From: an uncultured Candidatus Saccharibacteria bacterium
GTDB taxonomy: Bacteria > Patescibacteriota > Minisyncoccia > Phycocordibacterales > G965230995
Direction: 5' to 3'
Assembly (NCBI GenBank): GCA_965230995.1
Contig: OZ246398.1
Span: forward strand, 656,213 to 720,212
Length of the DNA stretch: 64,000 nucleotides
Part shown: piece by piece, positions 31,017 to 41,997 of the stretch
Position numbering within the stretch: position 1 is the first letter of the stretch
Layout of the letters: every line of letters begins with the position of its first letter
Program-made: the position numbers and the translations under genes
Notes under the pieces: generated by a model
What the model saw: the letters and a program-made list of their open reading frames with translations, nothing else
Database searches by the model: none
What the model was told of the DNA's origin: nothing

Positions 31017-31055
31017 TTTTTGTTGAATTAACTACACGTCCTGCCTAAATTGATC

Positions 31056-34000
31056 CTAAGATATGATTTCTTCTTGATTTCTTTTTTCTGCAAGCTTTTC
31101 AGCAACCAACTTGTGTTTTGGACTTCCGACAAATCCTGTACCAGCAGGAATACTTCGTCCCAAGATTACGTTTTCCTTTAGACCAATCAATTTGTCCTCT
31201 GTACCTCTAACAGCGGCATTAATGAGCACTCTTGTTGTGTGTTGGAATGAAGCAGCAGACAGGAAGCTCTTTCGTGAGAGTGCTACTTCTGTAATACCCA
31301 TAATTACAGGTGTTGCTTCTGCAGTTTCTCCTCCCAAATCCTGTGTCTTTCTATTTTCATTTTCAAATACAGCATCCTCTACAACGTCACCTTTTGCAAA
31401 TGAAGTGTTTCCGGCTTTCTTTATCTTGAATCTAGAGAACATTTGCTTGATGATGACCTCGATATGCTTTCTTGAAACGCTTTCTCCTTGAAGTTCGTAG
31501 AGTTTGCTGATTTCGTGAATGATATATTCTGCTGTTTGATCTTTTCCTGCAAATTTGAATAGTTCTTCAAGGTCCGCAGAACCATCTGTTACAAGCTGGC
31601 CTTTCTTTACAACGTCGCCAACTTTTACCAATATTGTTCTATTAAGACTCATTGAATATTCAACTTCGCTTGCTTTTGATTTTGATTTTTTGTCACCAAC
31701 CTCTGGAACGATTGTGATAATTTTTTCCTTTGGTGTGATTTTGATATCAGTAACAGTACCATCAACATGGCTAACTACAGCTGGGTTCTTTGGCTTTCTC
31801 TTTTCAAAGATTTCTTCTACTCGGGGAAGACCGGTTGTGATGTCTCCACCAACAGATGCAGTACCTCCGGCGTGGAATGTACGCATTGTAAGCTGTGTTC
31901 CTGGTTCACCGATGGCCTGTGCAGCAACTGTACCGACGGCTTCACCAATATTTATGATTTTATTATTTCCGAGATCGTTTCCATAACATTTTACACATAC
32001 TCCGTTCATTGTCTCGCAAGTCATCGGTGATCTTACAATCACTTTCGTAACTTTTGCGTTCTCGATTTTGTCTGCATCGTATTTGTTTATGTAGTCGCCT
32101 TTTTTGAATAGAACTTCTCCACTTGGTGACACAACATCAGATGCGAGGAATCTACCTTTTATGTGTTTTGAGATTGGAACTTCGATACCTGAAAATGTCT
32201 CGTTTGTAATTACGATTCCAGACTTTGTTTTACAATCATCTTCTTTTACAATCACGTCTTGAGAAACGTCGAACAGCCTTCGGGTTAGATAACCAGCTTT
32301 AGCTGTGTTAAGAGCCGTGTCTGTAAGACCTTTTCTTGAACCGTGAGTCGTAATGAAGTATTCAATAGGTGTTAGACCCTCTTTTGAACAAGAAATGATT
32401 GGGAATTCAATTGTCTCTCCAGAAGTAGATTGGATCAAACCTTTCATTCCGGCCATCTGTGTAATCTGACTAAACGATCCCCTGGCACCAGAATAAACCA
32501 TATCGTGAACAGAACCGTTTTTGTTCAATGTATCTGGAATAAGTTTTTCAACCTTGCTCTTTGCTCCGTGCCAGATTTCTATATTTTTTCGTAATCTTTC
32601 TTCTCTTGAAAGAAGACCCATATTGAATTGTTCCATCACCTCTTCTGCCTCTTTCTTTGCAGATTCGATAACGACTTTCTTTCCTTCTGGAATTACAACA
32701 TCGTCAATTCCCCATGTTGTACCAGATTTTGTAGCATACTTGAATCCGAATGCTTTTACTTTGTCTAGAATAGCTGGAATTTGTTCGATTCCATATTTTT
32801 CGATCAAATCGTCAATCAATCCTGCCATTCGCTTTCTTTCCATCACCTCGTTTAAGTATGGATAATCAGAAGGCAAAACTGAGTTAAACAAAAGTCTACC
32901 GACTGTTGTTTCAAATAATCCACTGTTGAATTTAGAATACTTTTCAGTTTCTGTAGCGAGAACTTTTATTTTTGCTCTGAATGATACGACTCCAAAGTCA
33001 TAAGCATTAATAGCAGCGTTTGGACTTTCAAAATATTTTCCTTCACCTTTTTCTCCTGGCATTTCTTTTGTCATCCAGAAACATCCCAAAATAATATCAA
33101 GCATTTTTGCAGATACGATTGGAAGACCACTACCTGGCTTTAGGATGTTTTTATCAGCAGCCATAATTTCTTTTGCTTCAATTTGTGCCGCTGTTGATAG
33201 AGGTACGTGTACTGCCATCTGGTCACCGTCGAAGTCAGCGTTGAATGCTGTACATACAAGCGGGTGAACCTGTATAGCAGAACCTTCGATCAAGATAGGC
33301 TGGAAGGCCTGTATACCAAGTCTGTGAAGTGTTGGCGCTCGGTTCAAAAGAACATATTTGTCTTTGATAACATCTTCAAGGATTGCCCAAACTTCTGGAA
33401 TCTCATCATCAATCAGTTTGTTTGCTCCTCTTATGTTGAATGCATATTCTTTTTTAAGCAATCCAGAGATAACGAAAGGTTTGAACAATTCGAGTGCCAT
33501 ATGCTTTGGAAGACCGCACTGATGCAAATGCAAATCAGGACCGACGACGATAACAGATCGTCCAGAATAGTCGACTCGTTTTCCGAGAAGGTTTCCTCGG
33601 AGGATTCCTCTCTTACCTTTTAGGTTATCTGCAAGACTCTTTAATTGTCTTCTTGAAACTGCGCTAGTTGCTCCCTGTGAATTTGCTCCGTGTCTGATTG
33701 AGTTATCTATAAGAGCGTCCACTGCTTCTTGAAGTATTCTTTTTTCGTTTCGAAGAATAACATCTGGAGCGTGAATTTCCTTTAGTTTCTTTAATCGGTT
33801 ATTTCTGTTTATAACTCTTCGATACAAATCGTTTACGTCTGACGTTGCATATCTACCACCATCAAGCGGAACCATTGGTCTGATTGCTGGAGGAATAACT
33901 GGAATCTTTGTTAGGAACATCCACTCTGGTCTTGTGCCAGAAGCAATCATTGACTTAACAAGTGAAAGTCTTTTGTTTAACTTTGGAATTTCTGCCGTTG

Positions 34001-34733
34001 AAGCTTTTTCGATTTCTTCACCAATTTGCTTTTCAAGCTTTGCAAGATCGATATTTCTGAACAAATCGTAAATGGCTTCTGCTCCGATGGCAGCTTCAAA
34101 TAAAGTTCCGTATTTGATTGAATAGTTGTGGTATTCGACTTCGTCAATTACTCTACCTCTCTGTATTCCTTCAATTTCTCTTTTTGTATCAAGAAATCTC
34201 TGCTTCAAGGCATCCTTTTCGGCATCATCCTTGGCTTGCTTTATTTTATTCTTGAATTCATTGTCTAGATCTTTTAGAATCTGTGTTCTCTCGTCTTCTG
34301 ATACATTGTTTATCAAGTATCCAGCAAAGTAGATTACTTTTTCAAGATCACCTGTGTTTATACCAGTGATAAGTCCGATTCTAGATGGCATTGATCTAAG
34401 GAACCAAATATGAGAAACAGGTGTAGCAAGTTCGATGTGTCCCATTCTTTCTCTTCGAACGATTGCTCTCGTTAGTTCCACCCCACATTTTTCACAAACA
34501 ATTCCCTTGTATCTTATTCCTCGATATTTTCCACAATAACACTCAAAGTCTTTTTCAGGACCGAATATTTTTTCGTCGAAAAGACCGCTCTTTTCGCTTC
34601 TTTGTGTACGATAGTTGATTGTCTCGGCTTTTGTAACTTCACCAAATGACCATTCTTTGATTCGGTCAGGTGATGCGAGGCGAAGTGACAATGTGTCGAA
34701 ATCAGGAGCGTCTTTTTGATATGGCTTGTTCAT
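31056..34733 (-). CDS. rpoC: DNA-directed RNA polymerase subunit beta'
   Basis: 1225 aa. NADFDGD catalytic motif. Zn-binding CxxC motifs. Confidence 0.95.
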   Translation of the reverse strand: MNKPYQKDAPDFDTLSLRLASPDRIKEWSFGEVTKAETINYRTQRSEKSGLFDEKIFGPEKDFECYCGKYRGIRYKGIVCEKCGVELTRAIVRRERMGHIELATPVSHIWFLRSMPSRIGLITGINTGDLEKVIYFAGYLINNVSEDERTQILKDLDNEFKNKIKQAKDDAEKDALKQRFLDTKREIEGIQRGRVIDEVEYHNYSIKYGTLFEAAIGAEAIYDLFRNIDLAKLEKQIGEEIEKASTAEIPKLNKRLSLVKSMIASGTRPEWMFLTKIPVIPPAIRPMVPLDGGRYATSDVNDLYRRVINRNNRLKKLKEIHAPDVILRNEKRILQEAVDALIDNSIRHGANSQGATSAVSRRQLKSLADNLKGKRGILRGNLLGKRVDYSGRSVIVVGPDLHLHQCGLPKHMALELFKPFVISGLLKKEYAFNIRGANKLIDDEIPEVWAILEDVIKDKYVLLNRAPTLHRLGIQAFQPILIEGSAIQVHPLVCTAFNADFDGDQMAVHVPLSTAAQIEAKEIMAADKNILKPGSGLPIVSAKMLDIILGCFWMTKEMPGEKGEGKYFESPNAAINAYDFGVVSFRAKIKVLATETEKYSKFNSGLFETTVGRLLFNSVLPSDYPYLNEVMERKRMAGLIDDLIEKYGIEQIPAILDKVKAFGFKYATKSGTTWGIDDVVIPEGKKVVIESAKKEAEEVMEQFNMGLLSREERLRKNIEIWHGAKSKVEKLIPDTLNKNGSVHDMVYSGARGSFSQITQMAGMKGLIQSTSGETIEFPIISCSKEGLTPIEYFITTHGSRKGLTDTALNTAKAGYLTRRLFDVSQDVIVKEDDCKTKSGIVITNETFSGIEVPISKHIKGRFLASDVVSPSGEVLFKKGDYINKYDADKIENAKVTKVIVRSPMTCETMNGVCVKCYGNDLGNNKIINIGEAVGTVAAQAIGEPGTQLTMRTFHAGGTASVGGDITTGLPRVEEIFEKRKPKNPAVVSHVDGTVTDIKITPKEKIITIVPEVGDKKSKSKASEVEYSMSLNRTILVKVGDVVKKGQLVTDGSADLEELFKFAGKDQTAEYIIHEISKLYELQGESVSRKHIEVIIKQMFSRFKIKKAGNTSFAKGDVVEDAVFENENRKTQDLGGETAEATPVIMGITEVALSRKSFLSAASFQHTTRVLINAAVRGTEDKLIGLKENVILGRSIPAGTGFVGSPKHKLVAEKLAEKRNQEEIIS

Positions 34734-34765
34734 AATTTTATTTTTAGTTTGATTTATAAATTTGA

Positions 34766-37700
34766 TTATTCTGTCATATCAGCTTCTTCTCCTGTTTCGA
34801 CCTTTTTCTCTAGTTTTACATCAAGTGCGAGTCCGCGTAAGTTGTAAAGGAATACATTGAACGATGCTGGCAAGTTCTGGTGCCTGATTGGCTCGCCTTT
34901 CACAATAGAATCAAAGGCAGCAGATCTTCCGACAATGTCGTCAGATTTGATCGTCAAAACTTCTCTTAGGTTGTGTGCAACACCGTGTCCCAAAAGTGCC
35001 CAGACTTCCATTTCTCCGAATCTCTGTCCTCCACCTTGTGCTCTACCTCCGAGAGGTTGCTGTGTAATGAGAGAGTAAGGACCAATTGATCGCATATGTA
35101 TTTTATCCTCAACCATGTGGTGCAATTTGAGAATATACATATATCCAACGGCAATGTTTTGTTCGAATGCTTCTCCGGTTCGTCCGTCGTATAATTTCAT
35201 TTTTCCGTCTGTCGAGAATCCTGCCTTGACCAATTCGTCTTTTATTTCTTTGTCTGTTGCTCCGGCAAATGCAGGGACGATTGCTTGGTATCCAAGAGTA
35301 TTAGCAGCAAGACCCAAGTGAAGCTCGAGAATCTGACCCAAGTTCATTCGGCTTGGAACTCCAAGCGGTGTCAAAATTAGATCGACAGGTGTTCCGTCTT
35401 CCATATATGGCATATCTTCCTCTGGAAGGATTCGAGAGATAACACCCTTGTTTCCGTGTCGTCCTGCCAATTTGTCACCAACAGAAATATGTCTGATTTG
35501 CGCAACCTCGATGTGGATTCTTTTAATGATTCCAGATTCGAGTTTGTCTCCTCTCTCTCTAGAAAATACTTGAACGTTTATGATTCGCCCTCTCTTTCCG
35601 TTTTCCATTCTCTTTGATGTATCTTTTACATCTCGAGCTTTTTCACCAAACAGTGACCTGAGAAGTCTTTCTTCTGGAGTAAGTTGTGTCTCTCCCTTTG
35701 GTGTAATTTTTCCAACCAAAATATCTCCTGGTCTTACTTCGGCTCCGATTCTAATGATTCCATCTTCACCAAGATTTTTTAGTTTTCCTTCACCAACGTT
35801 TGGAATATCACAAGTTGTAACCTCTGGTCCCAATTTTGTATCTCTGACGTTGATTATGAATTCTTCAATGTGAATACTTGAGAAAGTATTTTTCTTTACC
35901 AATCTTTCAGAAACAATAATCGCGTCTTCATAGTTTGAACCAGACCAAGACATAAATGCAACGAGGATATTTTGTCCCAATGCAAGCTGTCCGTTATCTG
36001 ACGAAGTAGTATCGGCCATTACCTGACCCTTTTTGACTTTTTGTCCAACCTCGACTATTGGTCTCTGGTGGAATGCAGTAAAGTTGTTTGTTCTTGAAAA
36101 ACTTACAAGTTTGTATGTTCTTGTTTTTCCTTTTGAATCTTTTACGATTATGTGTTTTGCATCTACTGCTTCGACTATTCCGTCAATATCAGAGATTATA
36201 AGTCTTCCTGTATTTCTAACAGCTTTTTCTTCGATTCCTGTTGCAACTAGAGGGGCATCAGCAACAAGACAAGGTGTTGCTTGCTTTTGCATGTTAGAAC
36301 CCATCAATGCTCGGTTTGCATCGTCATGATTTAGAAACGGAATCATGTTTGTTGCAATTGAGAATGGCTGACTTGTTGAAACGTCAATATAATCCACTTC
36401 TCCTTTTTCAACCAAAACTGGCTTTCCGTTTACACGAACCTCTACTTTTTCATCCATAATATGACCTTTACTGTCATATTTTGTTTGTGCGTGAGCAATC
36501 TTAAAGTTCTCTTCTTCGGCTGCGTTTAGGTAAACGACTTCTCCTGTAATTTTTCCGTTCTTTACTTTTACATAAGGAGCCTCGATCATTCCGAAGTCAT
36601 TTATTCGAGCATAAACTGACAGTCTCAAGATAAGTCCAATGTTTGGACCTTCTGGTGTGTGGATAGGACAAAGTCTTCCGTAGTGTGAAGGGTGAACGTC
36701 TCGAACTTCGATTCCAGCTCTTGATCTATTTAGACCACCTGGTCCCAAAGCAGAAAGTGTTCGCAAATGTTCTATCTCGGAAAGAGTGTTTTCCTGTTGC
36801 ATGAACTGAGACAACTGGTTTGTCGTAAAGAATTCTTTGATTCTAGCCTGGAGAGGTTTAACTGAAATAAAGTTCACAGGAAGTGAAGAATCGGTGTCGA
36901 TAGTAGACATTCGGTTCTGAACATTTCTCCTTATCTGTGCCATACCAACTCTGATTTTTTGCTGAAGAGTTTCTCCGACATATCTAACACGTCTTGATCC
37001 AAGGTGATCAATATCATCTGGTTCTGCGTGCGGGGTTGTGTTTAGTTCTGTAATTTTGTTGATGATAATCAAAAGATCATCAAGATCTATAATTCTTTTT
37101 TCTGTAGCTTTGTCTGTAAATGGCAATCCAAATCTTTTGTTGAATCTGAATCGTCCTACTTTTGAAAGGTCATATCTATCTGCACCAAAGATAGATTTGA
37201 AAAATTCTCTTGCGTTTTCTGGAGTGGCCAAATCTCCGTCTCGCAATTTTTTGTGAATCTCAACATAAGCATCGTCGGGATTTTTTGATGTTTCTTTTGT
37301 GAGAGTTTTTTCTATATAAGAGACAGTGTTAGGATTTCCCTTGAAGAATTTTAGCATTTCTTCTCTTGTTTCTAGTCCAAAAGCATAAAGCAGAGTAGAC
37401 AGAGGAAATTTTCGCTTTCGGTCGATTCGAACATAGATAACTCCATCGCTATCTGATTCGATTTCAACCCAAGCTCCTCTAGAAGGAATTATTTTTGCTC
37501 CAAAATAATTTCGTCCTTTTATTTCTTGAGCGGTGAAAAATACACCATATGATCTTGCGAGCTGTGGAACGATTACTCTTTCAATTCCAGAAATAACAAA
37601 AGTTCCGTGATTTGTCATAAGAGGAAAATCTGTCATAAAGATTTCCTGCTCCTTTTCTGAGCCTGTAGTAAAGTTCTTTAATTTTACTCTCGCTTTGAGA

Positions 37701-37975
37701 GGCGCCTCGTAGGAAAGTTTATTTTCCTTTGCAAAAAATTCGTCGTATTTTGGCTGACCTAATTCAAAACCAGTAAAATCGAGCTGAAATTTCTTCTCGG
37801 AATAGTCTCTGATAGAAGAAAATTCCTTGAAAACTTCGGCTAGACCTTCTCGAACAAGCCAGTCGTATGACACGAGCTGTGCTTCTGCAAAGTCCGGCAG
37901 ATCTGTAAAGGCTTCTTTGTAGGCGCTGAAAAATTTCTTTTCGCGCTTACCGATTGACGTGGTGCTGTCTTTCAT
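34766..37975 (-). CDS. rpoB: DNA-directed RNA polymerase subunit beta
   Basis: 1069 aa. Conserved rifampicin-cluster and catalytic regions. Confidence 0.95.
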   Translation of the reverse strand: MKDSTTSIGKREKKFFSAYKEAFTDLPDFAEAQLVSYDWLVREGLAEVFKEFSSIRDYSEKKFQLDFTGFELGQPKYDEFFAKENKLSYEAPLKARVKLKNFTTGSEKEQEIFMTDFPLMTNHGTFVISGIERVIVPQLARSYGVFFTAQEIKGRNYFGAKIIPSRGAWVEIESDSDGVIYVRIDRKRKFPLSTLLYAFGLETREEMLKFFKGNPNTVSYIEKTLTKETSKNPDDAYVEIHKKLRDGDLATPENAREFFKSIFGADRYDLSKVGRFRFNKRFGLPFTDKATEKRIIDLDDLLIIINKITELNTTPHAEPDDIDHLGSRRVRYVGETLQQKIRVGMAQIRRNVQNRMSTIDTDSSLPVNFISVKPLQARIKEFFTTNQLSQFMQQENTLSEIEHLRTLSALGPGGLNRSRAGIEVRDVHPSHYGRLCPIHTPEGPNIGLILRLSVYARINDFGMIEAPYVKVKNGKITGEVVYLNAAEEENFKIAHAQTKYDSKGHIMDEKVEVRVNGKPVLVEKGEVDYIDVSTSQPFSIATNMIPFLNHDDANRALMGSNMQKQATPCLVADAPLVATGIEEKAVRNTGRLIISDIDGIVEAVDAKHIIVKDSKGKTRTYKLVSFSRTNNFTAFHQRPIVEVGQKVKKGQVMADTTSSDNGQLALGQNILVAFMSWSGSNYEDAIIVSERLVKKNTFSSIHIEEFIINVRDTKLGPEVTTCDIPNVGEGKLKNLGEDGIIRIGAEVRPGDILVGKITPKGETQLTPEERLLRSLFGEKARDVKDTSKRMENGKRGRIINVQVFSRERGDKLESGIIKRIHIEVAQIRHISVGDKLAGRHGNKGVISRILPEEDMPYMEDGTPVDLILTPLGVPSRMNLGQILELHLGLAANTLGYQAIVPAFAGATDKEIKDELVKAGFSTDGKMKLYDGRTGEAFEQNIAVGYMYILKLHHMVEDKIHMRSIGPYSLITQQPLGGRAQGGGQRFGEMEVWALLGHGVAHNLREVLTIKSDDIVGRSAAFDSIVKGEPIRHQNLPASFNVFLYNLRGLALDVKLEKKVETGEEADMTE

Positions 37976-38240
37976 AAACTATTTCTATTAATAATTACTA
38001 CTAAAATTCCCGTCTTGGAAAATTAATAAAAACACAAAAGCACCCTTTTTAGAGGTGTCGTCCTTTAGCTGTTTTTATAAAAAATATTTTCGCAAGATTT
38101 TTCAGGGACGTCGCATTGGCCGATGCAACGATACTTGTTAAATCCCGACAAAACATCATAACGCAATCAAGAATGTCGTTGTCGTCAAGTATACACAAAT
38201 CTACCCCCGAGTCAATAGAATAATTTCTTAATTAAAGGCT

Positions 38241-38912
38241 TTACTTGCCTGAAAGAGGTTTTTTGCTCTTTTTACTACGCCATTTCTCTATTTCGGCGTG
38301 ATTTCCAGACAAAAGCACCTCTGGAACGGTATATTTTTTCTTTTTGAAAACAAAGGATTCTGGTCTTGTATATACATCATTTGAAGCATTTCTCCCCTCT
38401 TCAACAGAATCGAAATTGCCCAATATTCCTGGTATCCTCCTTGCAATAGTATCCACAATTATCATCGATGGCAGTTCACCACCTGTCAGTACAAAAGGTC
38501 CGACTGAGATTTCATCTGGATTAAATACTTCTTTCACTCTGGCATCTATACCCTCGTATCTACCAGAAATTATAACCACATCAGAAAAATCACTGGCAAC
38601 CTTGTCTGCATATTCATTTGAAAACTGATTTCCTTGCGGAGTCAAAAAAATCATTTTAACTTTTTTCTTTTTTCCAATTGCTTTTGCAATTGCCTTTATT
38701 ACTGGCAATGCCCTGATAACCATTCCCGGACCTCCGCCGTATGGTTTGTCATCTACTCTGATTTTTTTGTTTTTCTCAAAGTCCTTAGGGTCGTAGAATT
38801 TTACAGATATTTTTTTATCATCGATAGCGCGCTTTAAAATGGAATGTTCAATATATCCAGAAATAGATTCTGGAAAAAGTGTCACTATATGGAAATTGAC
38901 CTTTTTTGACAT
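38241..38912 (-). CDS. trmD: tRNA (guanine37-N1)-methyltransferase TrmD
   Basis: SPOUT-fold motifs (YGGGPGMV..., ISGRYEGIDARV). Confidence 0.9.
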   Translation of the reverse strand: MSKKVNFHIVTLFPESISGYIEHSILKRAIDDKKISVKFYDPKDFEKNKKIRVDDKPYGGGPGMVIRALPVIKAIAKAIGKKKKVKMIFLTPQGNQFSNEYADKVASDFSDVVIISGRYEGIDARVKEVFNPDEISVGPFVLTGGELPSMIIVDTIARRIPGILGNFDSVEEGRNASNDVYTRPESFVFKKKKYTVPEVLLSGNHAEIEKWRSKKSKKPLSGK

Positions 38913-38934
38913 ATTGCAAGTTTAAACCAAAACA

Positions 38935-38956
38935 AAAACCGCGCAAGCGGTTTTTG
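38935..38956. terminator. rho-independent terminator (AAAAACCGCG-CAA-GCGGTTTTTG)
   Basis: Near-identical (1 mismatch) to the hairpin at 6011..6033. Confidence 0.75.
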
Positions 38957-38964
38957 TTTTTTAT

Positions 38965-39366
38965 TTAGATTTTAAGATCCTCCATTGCCTCGTCAACGCT
39001 TTTCATTGCAGGTGATGAAGTTGGGACGTTTCCTGCTGTAGCTCTTATGCTTCCAGCTGGTTCGTTGATTTTTAGGTTAACTCTGGCATTGTTTTTCATT
39101 CCAACAACTCTAAGAAGAGTTCTGATTGCCTTTGCTGTATTACCTGATCTTCCGATTACTTTTCCCATATCTTCTGGGTTTACATCGAGAGAAAGCAATA
39201 CCCCCATTTCATCTACAGTTCTGTTAATTTTCACATCTGCGGGTTTGTCGACAAGTGCCTTTACAACAAATTCTAGAAACTGTGCGTCTGACTCCATATA
39301 TTCTGTTTTTATTACTAATTTATGACAGTTTTTCTGTCCTTTGTATATTCTATCAGCTACGGGCAA
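38965..39366 (-). CDS. khpA: KH-domain RNA-binding protein KhpA (YlqC-like)
   Basis: KH motif VIGRSGNTAKAIRTLL. Likely true start at MESDAQ (about 39297). Sits in the rpsP-khpA-trmD cluster. Confidence 0.75.
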   Translation of the reverse strand: MPVADRIYKGQKNCHKLVIKTEYMESDAQFLEFVVKALVDKPADVKINRTVDEMGVLLSLDVNPEDMGKVIGRSGNTAKAIRTLLRVVGMKNNARVNLKINEPAGSIRATAGNVPTSSPAMKSVDEAMEDLKI

Positions 39367-39415
39367 AGAGTCAACAAAAAGCGACCTGTTTGTAGGTCGC
39401 TTTTTGTTTTTGATT

Positions 39416-39892
39416 TTATTGTGGGTTTTCTGCTTTCTTTGCTTCTTCTCTTGCCTTTTCAGCTGCTTCAGCCTCGGCTTTTGCTTTTTCTTCTGCTTCA
39501 GCTTTTGCCTTTGCTTCTACCGCTGCCTTCTCGGCTTCTTCTCTGGCTTTCTTTTCTGCTTCAGCTTTCTCGGCTTCTTCTTTTGCTTTGATAGCTTCAA
39601 GATCTACGATTGGAGATTTCTTTGGGAGAACGTTTTTCTTTTTTCCCTTTACGATTCCTGCGTTTACAAAAAGGTTATAAACAGAGTCAGAAACTTGAGC
39701 GCCGTTTTTCATCCAGTGAAGGACTCTTTCTTGATTGATTTCTGGTTTATCAAATCTTGGATTATATGAGCCCAAAACCTCGTTTGGTTTTCCGCTTCGT
39801 GCAGCATCTTTTGAGTCAGTAACAACAAGACGAAATGTTGATTCGTGCTTTCGACCTGTTTTCTGTAATCGAATTTTTAACATGACAGACAT
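39416..39892 (-). CDS. rpsP: 30S ribosomal protein S16 with Ala/Glu/Lys-rich low-complexity C-terminal extension
   Basis: N-terminal MLKIRLQKTGRKHESTFRLVV is canonical S16. The C-terminal roughly 70 aa is EAEKAEAEKKAREEAEKAAVEAKAKAEAEEKAKAEAEAAEKAREEAKKAE. Confidence 0.85.
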   Translation of the reverse strand: MSVMLKIRLQKTGRKHESTFRLVVTDSKDAARSGKPNEVLGSYNPRFDKPEINQERVLHWMKNGAQVSDSVYNLFVNAGIVKGKKKNVLPKKSPIVDLEAIKAKEEAEKAEAEKKAREEAEKAAVEAKAKAEAEEKAKAEAEAAEKAREEAKKAENPQ

Positions 39893-39992
39893 ACTAACAG
39901 ATGCTTTGAATCAGGTCAATACCATTTTGTATAACAAACTGCCAACCGTCAGATATTCAAAAAACCTAGATTTTGTGATATAGTATTTTTCA

Positions 39993-41996
39993 ATGTTTAA
40001 AAAACAAAGCAAAAAAGATAGCTCCGGTTCCCCCAAAAAGCATTTTCATAGAAAAAACGGCAAAAAACCACGAGATTTAAAGGAAAATGCCAAAACACAA
40101 ACTGGAATAATCAGAACAAATAGGAAAAAAACCGGCTACGTTGATAGAGACGGAGATTTGCCGAGCATCTACTTTCCAGAAGGAAATCTGCTCACAGCCT
40201 TTGACGGAGACGAGATTTCATATGAATTAACTGGAAAAAAAGATAGAAAGAATGACCTCCCCGTTGGTAGAGTTAGGCAAGTTATTTCAAAATTAAAGAA
40301 AAGAATTGTTGGAACTATTGTTTTCGAAAATGGATCTTTTTTTGTAAAACCAGATGATCCAAAAATATATCAAAATATACTTTTAAATGATCAGAATCTA
40401 GAAATCGGACAAAAGGCATTTGTTGAATTCGATTGGAAAAAATATAGCGAAGGACCAAGAGGAAAAATAATAGAACTGCTCGGGAAAGCAAAAGACAATA
40501 ATGCCGAGATGAGATCTATTGCTTTGGAAAAAGGTTTCGATACTTCGTTCTCTCCTATCGTAGAGGCAGAAGCTGAAATGAAGAGAAAAACTGGTTCAAA
40601 GATTTCAAAAGAAGAATTCGAAACAAGAAAAGATTTTAGAGAGACCCTGACTTTTACTATCGATCCTATCGACGCAAAAGATTTTGACGACGCAATTTCC
40701 TTCATAGAATTAGGAAATGGTAATTTTGAAATTGGAGTACATATTGCCGATGTGTCACATTTCGTAAAACCAAGAACTGAATTAGATAAAGAAGCACAGA
40801 AAAGACAATTTTCTGTTTATTTGGTGGACAGAACAATACCAATGCTACCCGAAGCGCTATCAAATGATTTGTGTAGTCTCAATCCCAACGAAGAAAAAAG
40901 AGCTTTTTCTGCAGTTTTTGAAATGGACAAGCGAGGAAAAATACACAAAGAATGGTTTGGAAAAACAGTAATAAAATCTCACAAACGCTTTTCATACGAA
41001 GAAGCTCAGAGCACAATAGAGGATAACTCTCGACATTTTCACAAAGAATTGTCTGTTCTAAACAATATTGCAAAAGAATTACGAATCCAAAAAGAAAAAG
41101 ATGGAGCAATTGATTTCGAAGCACCTGAAGTAAAATTTGTTTTGGATGAAAATGGAAAGCCAATTTCTGTCATAAAGAAAGAGAGAAAAGACGCACACAA
41201 AATGATTGAAGAATATATGCTTCTTGCAAACAGACAGGTTGCAAAATTTATTTCAAATAAAATAAAAAAAGAACACAAAGACAAAGCCTTCCTCTACCGT
41301 GTTCACGACGCACCAAAATCAGAGAGAATAAGCGACCTATCTATTTTCCTCAAAGCTCTTGGATACGAGCTCGAAGCAAAAGACGGCATAGTTTCAAATA
41401 TCCAAATACAAAAATTGATGAAGCAAATATCGGGCACGCCCGAAGAGCTTTTAATTAAAACAGCGGTTCTACGTTCAATGTCAAAAGCCGTTTATACAAC
41501 AAAAAATGTTGGACACTTTGGTTTGGGTTTTGAATTCTATACTCATTTTACCTCACCTATTAGACGTTACCCTGATTTATTGGTCCATAGATTGCTCGAA
41601 GAAACTCTTGCAAATGGTCACATAAGAGAAAGAGATTTTGATTTTCTAAAAAGAATTGGAGAAATGGCAACAGAAAAAGAAATATCTGCCGCTGAAGCAG
41701 AGCGTGCTTCGATAAAATACAAACAGGTTGAATATATGCAAAACTTCGTAGGAAAAACTTTCAACGCCACAATATCAGGTGTTACCGAATGGGGAATTTT
41801 TGTCGAAGAAACAGAAACGAGATCTGAAGGAATGATTAGAATGAAAGATTTAGGAGAAGACTATTTTGAGCTCGATGAAAAATCATATTGTGTCGTTGGC
41901 AGAAAAACAAAAAAGAAATACCGCCTCGGCGATAAGGTATCAGTAAAATTAGTTAATGCAGATCTAGATAATAGAACGCTGGATTTTTCTCTATAA
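39993..41996 (+). CDS. rnr: ribonuclease R (RNB-family 3'-5' exoribonuclease with C-terminal S1 domain)
   Basis: RNB catalytic motifs (IDPIDAKDFDDAIS, HFGLG...YTHFTSPIRRYPDL) and an S1 domain at the C-terminus. Confidence 0.85.
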   Translation: MFKKQSKKDSSGSPKKHFHRKNGKKPRDLKENAKTQTGIIRTNRKKTGYVDRDGDLPSIYFPEGNLLTAFDGDEISYELTGKKDRKNDLPVGRVRQVISKLKKRIVGTIVFENGSFFVKPDDPKIYQNILLNDQNLEIGQKAFVEFDWKKYSEGPRGKIIELLGKAKDNNAEMRSIALEKGFDTSFSPIVEAEAEMKRKTGSKISKEEFETRKDFRETLTFTIDPIDAKDFDDAISFIELGNGNFEIGVHIADVSHFVKPRTELDKEAQKRQFSVYLVDRTIPMLPEALSNDLCSLNPNEEKRAFSAVFEMDKRGKIHKEWFGKTVIKSHKRFSYEEAQSTIEDNSRHFHKELSVLNNIAKELRIQKEKDGAIDFEAPEVKFVLDENGKPISVIKKERKDAHKMIEEYMLLANRQVAKFISNKIKKEHKDKAFLYRVHDAPKSERISDLSIFLKALGYELEAKDGIVSNIQIQKLMKQISGTPEELLIKTAVLRSMSKAVYTTKNVGHFGLGFEFYTHFTSPIRRYPDLLVHRLLEETLANGHIRERDFDFLKRIGEMATEKEISAAEAERASIKYKQVEYMQNFVGKTFNATISGVTEWGIFVEETETRSEGMIRMKDLGEDYFELDEKSYCVVGRKTKKKYRLGDKVSVKLVNADLDNRTLDFSL

Positions 41997-41997
41997 C

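Noticed and set aside
38095-38125. Imperfect palindrome GCATCGGCCAATGC in the rpoB upstream leader
   Set aside because: Contains a mismatch and is short. Could be a protein site or leader structure, but it is not distinguishable from chance.
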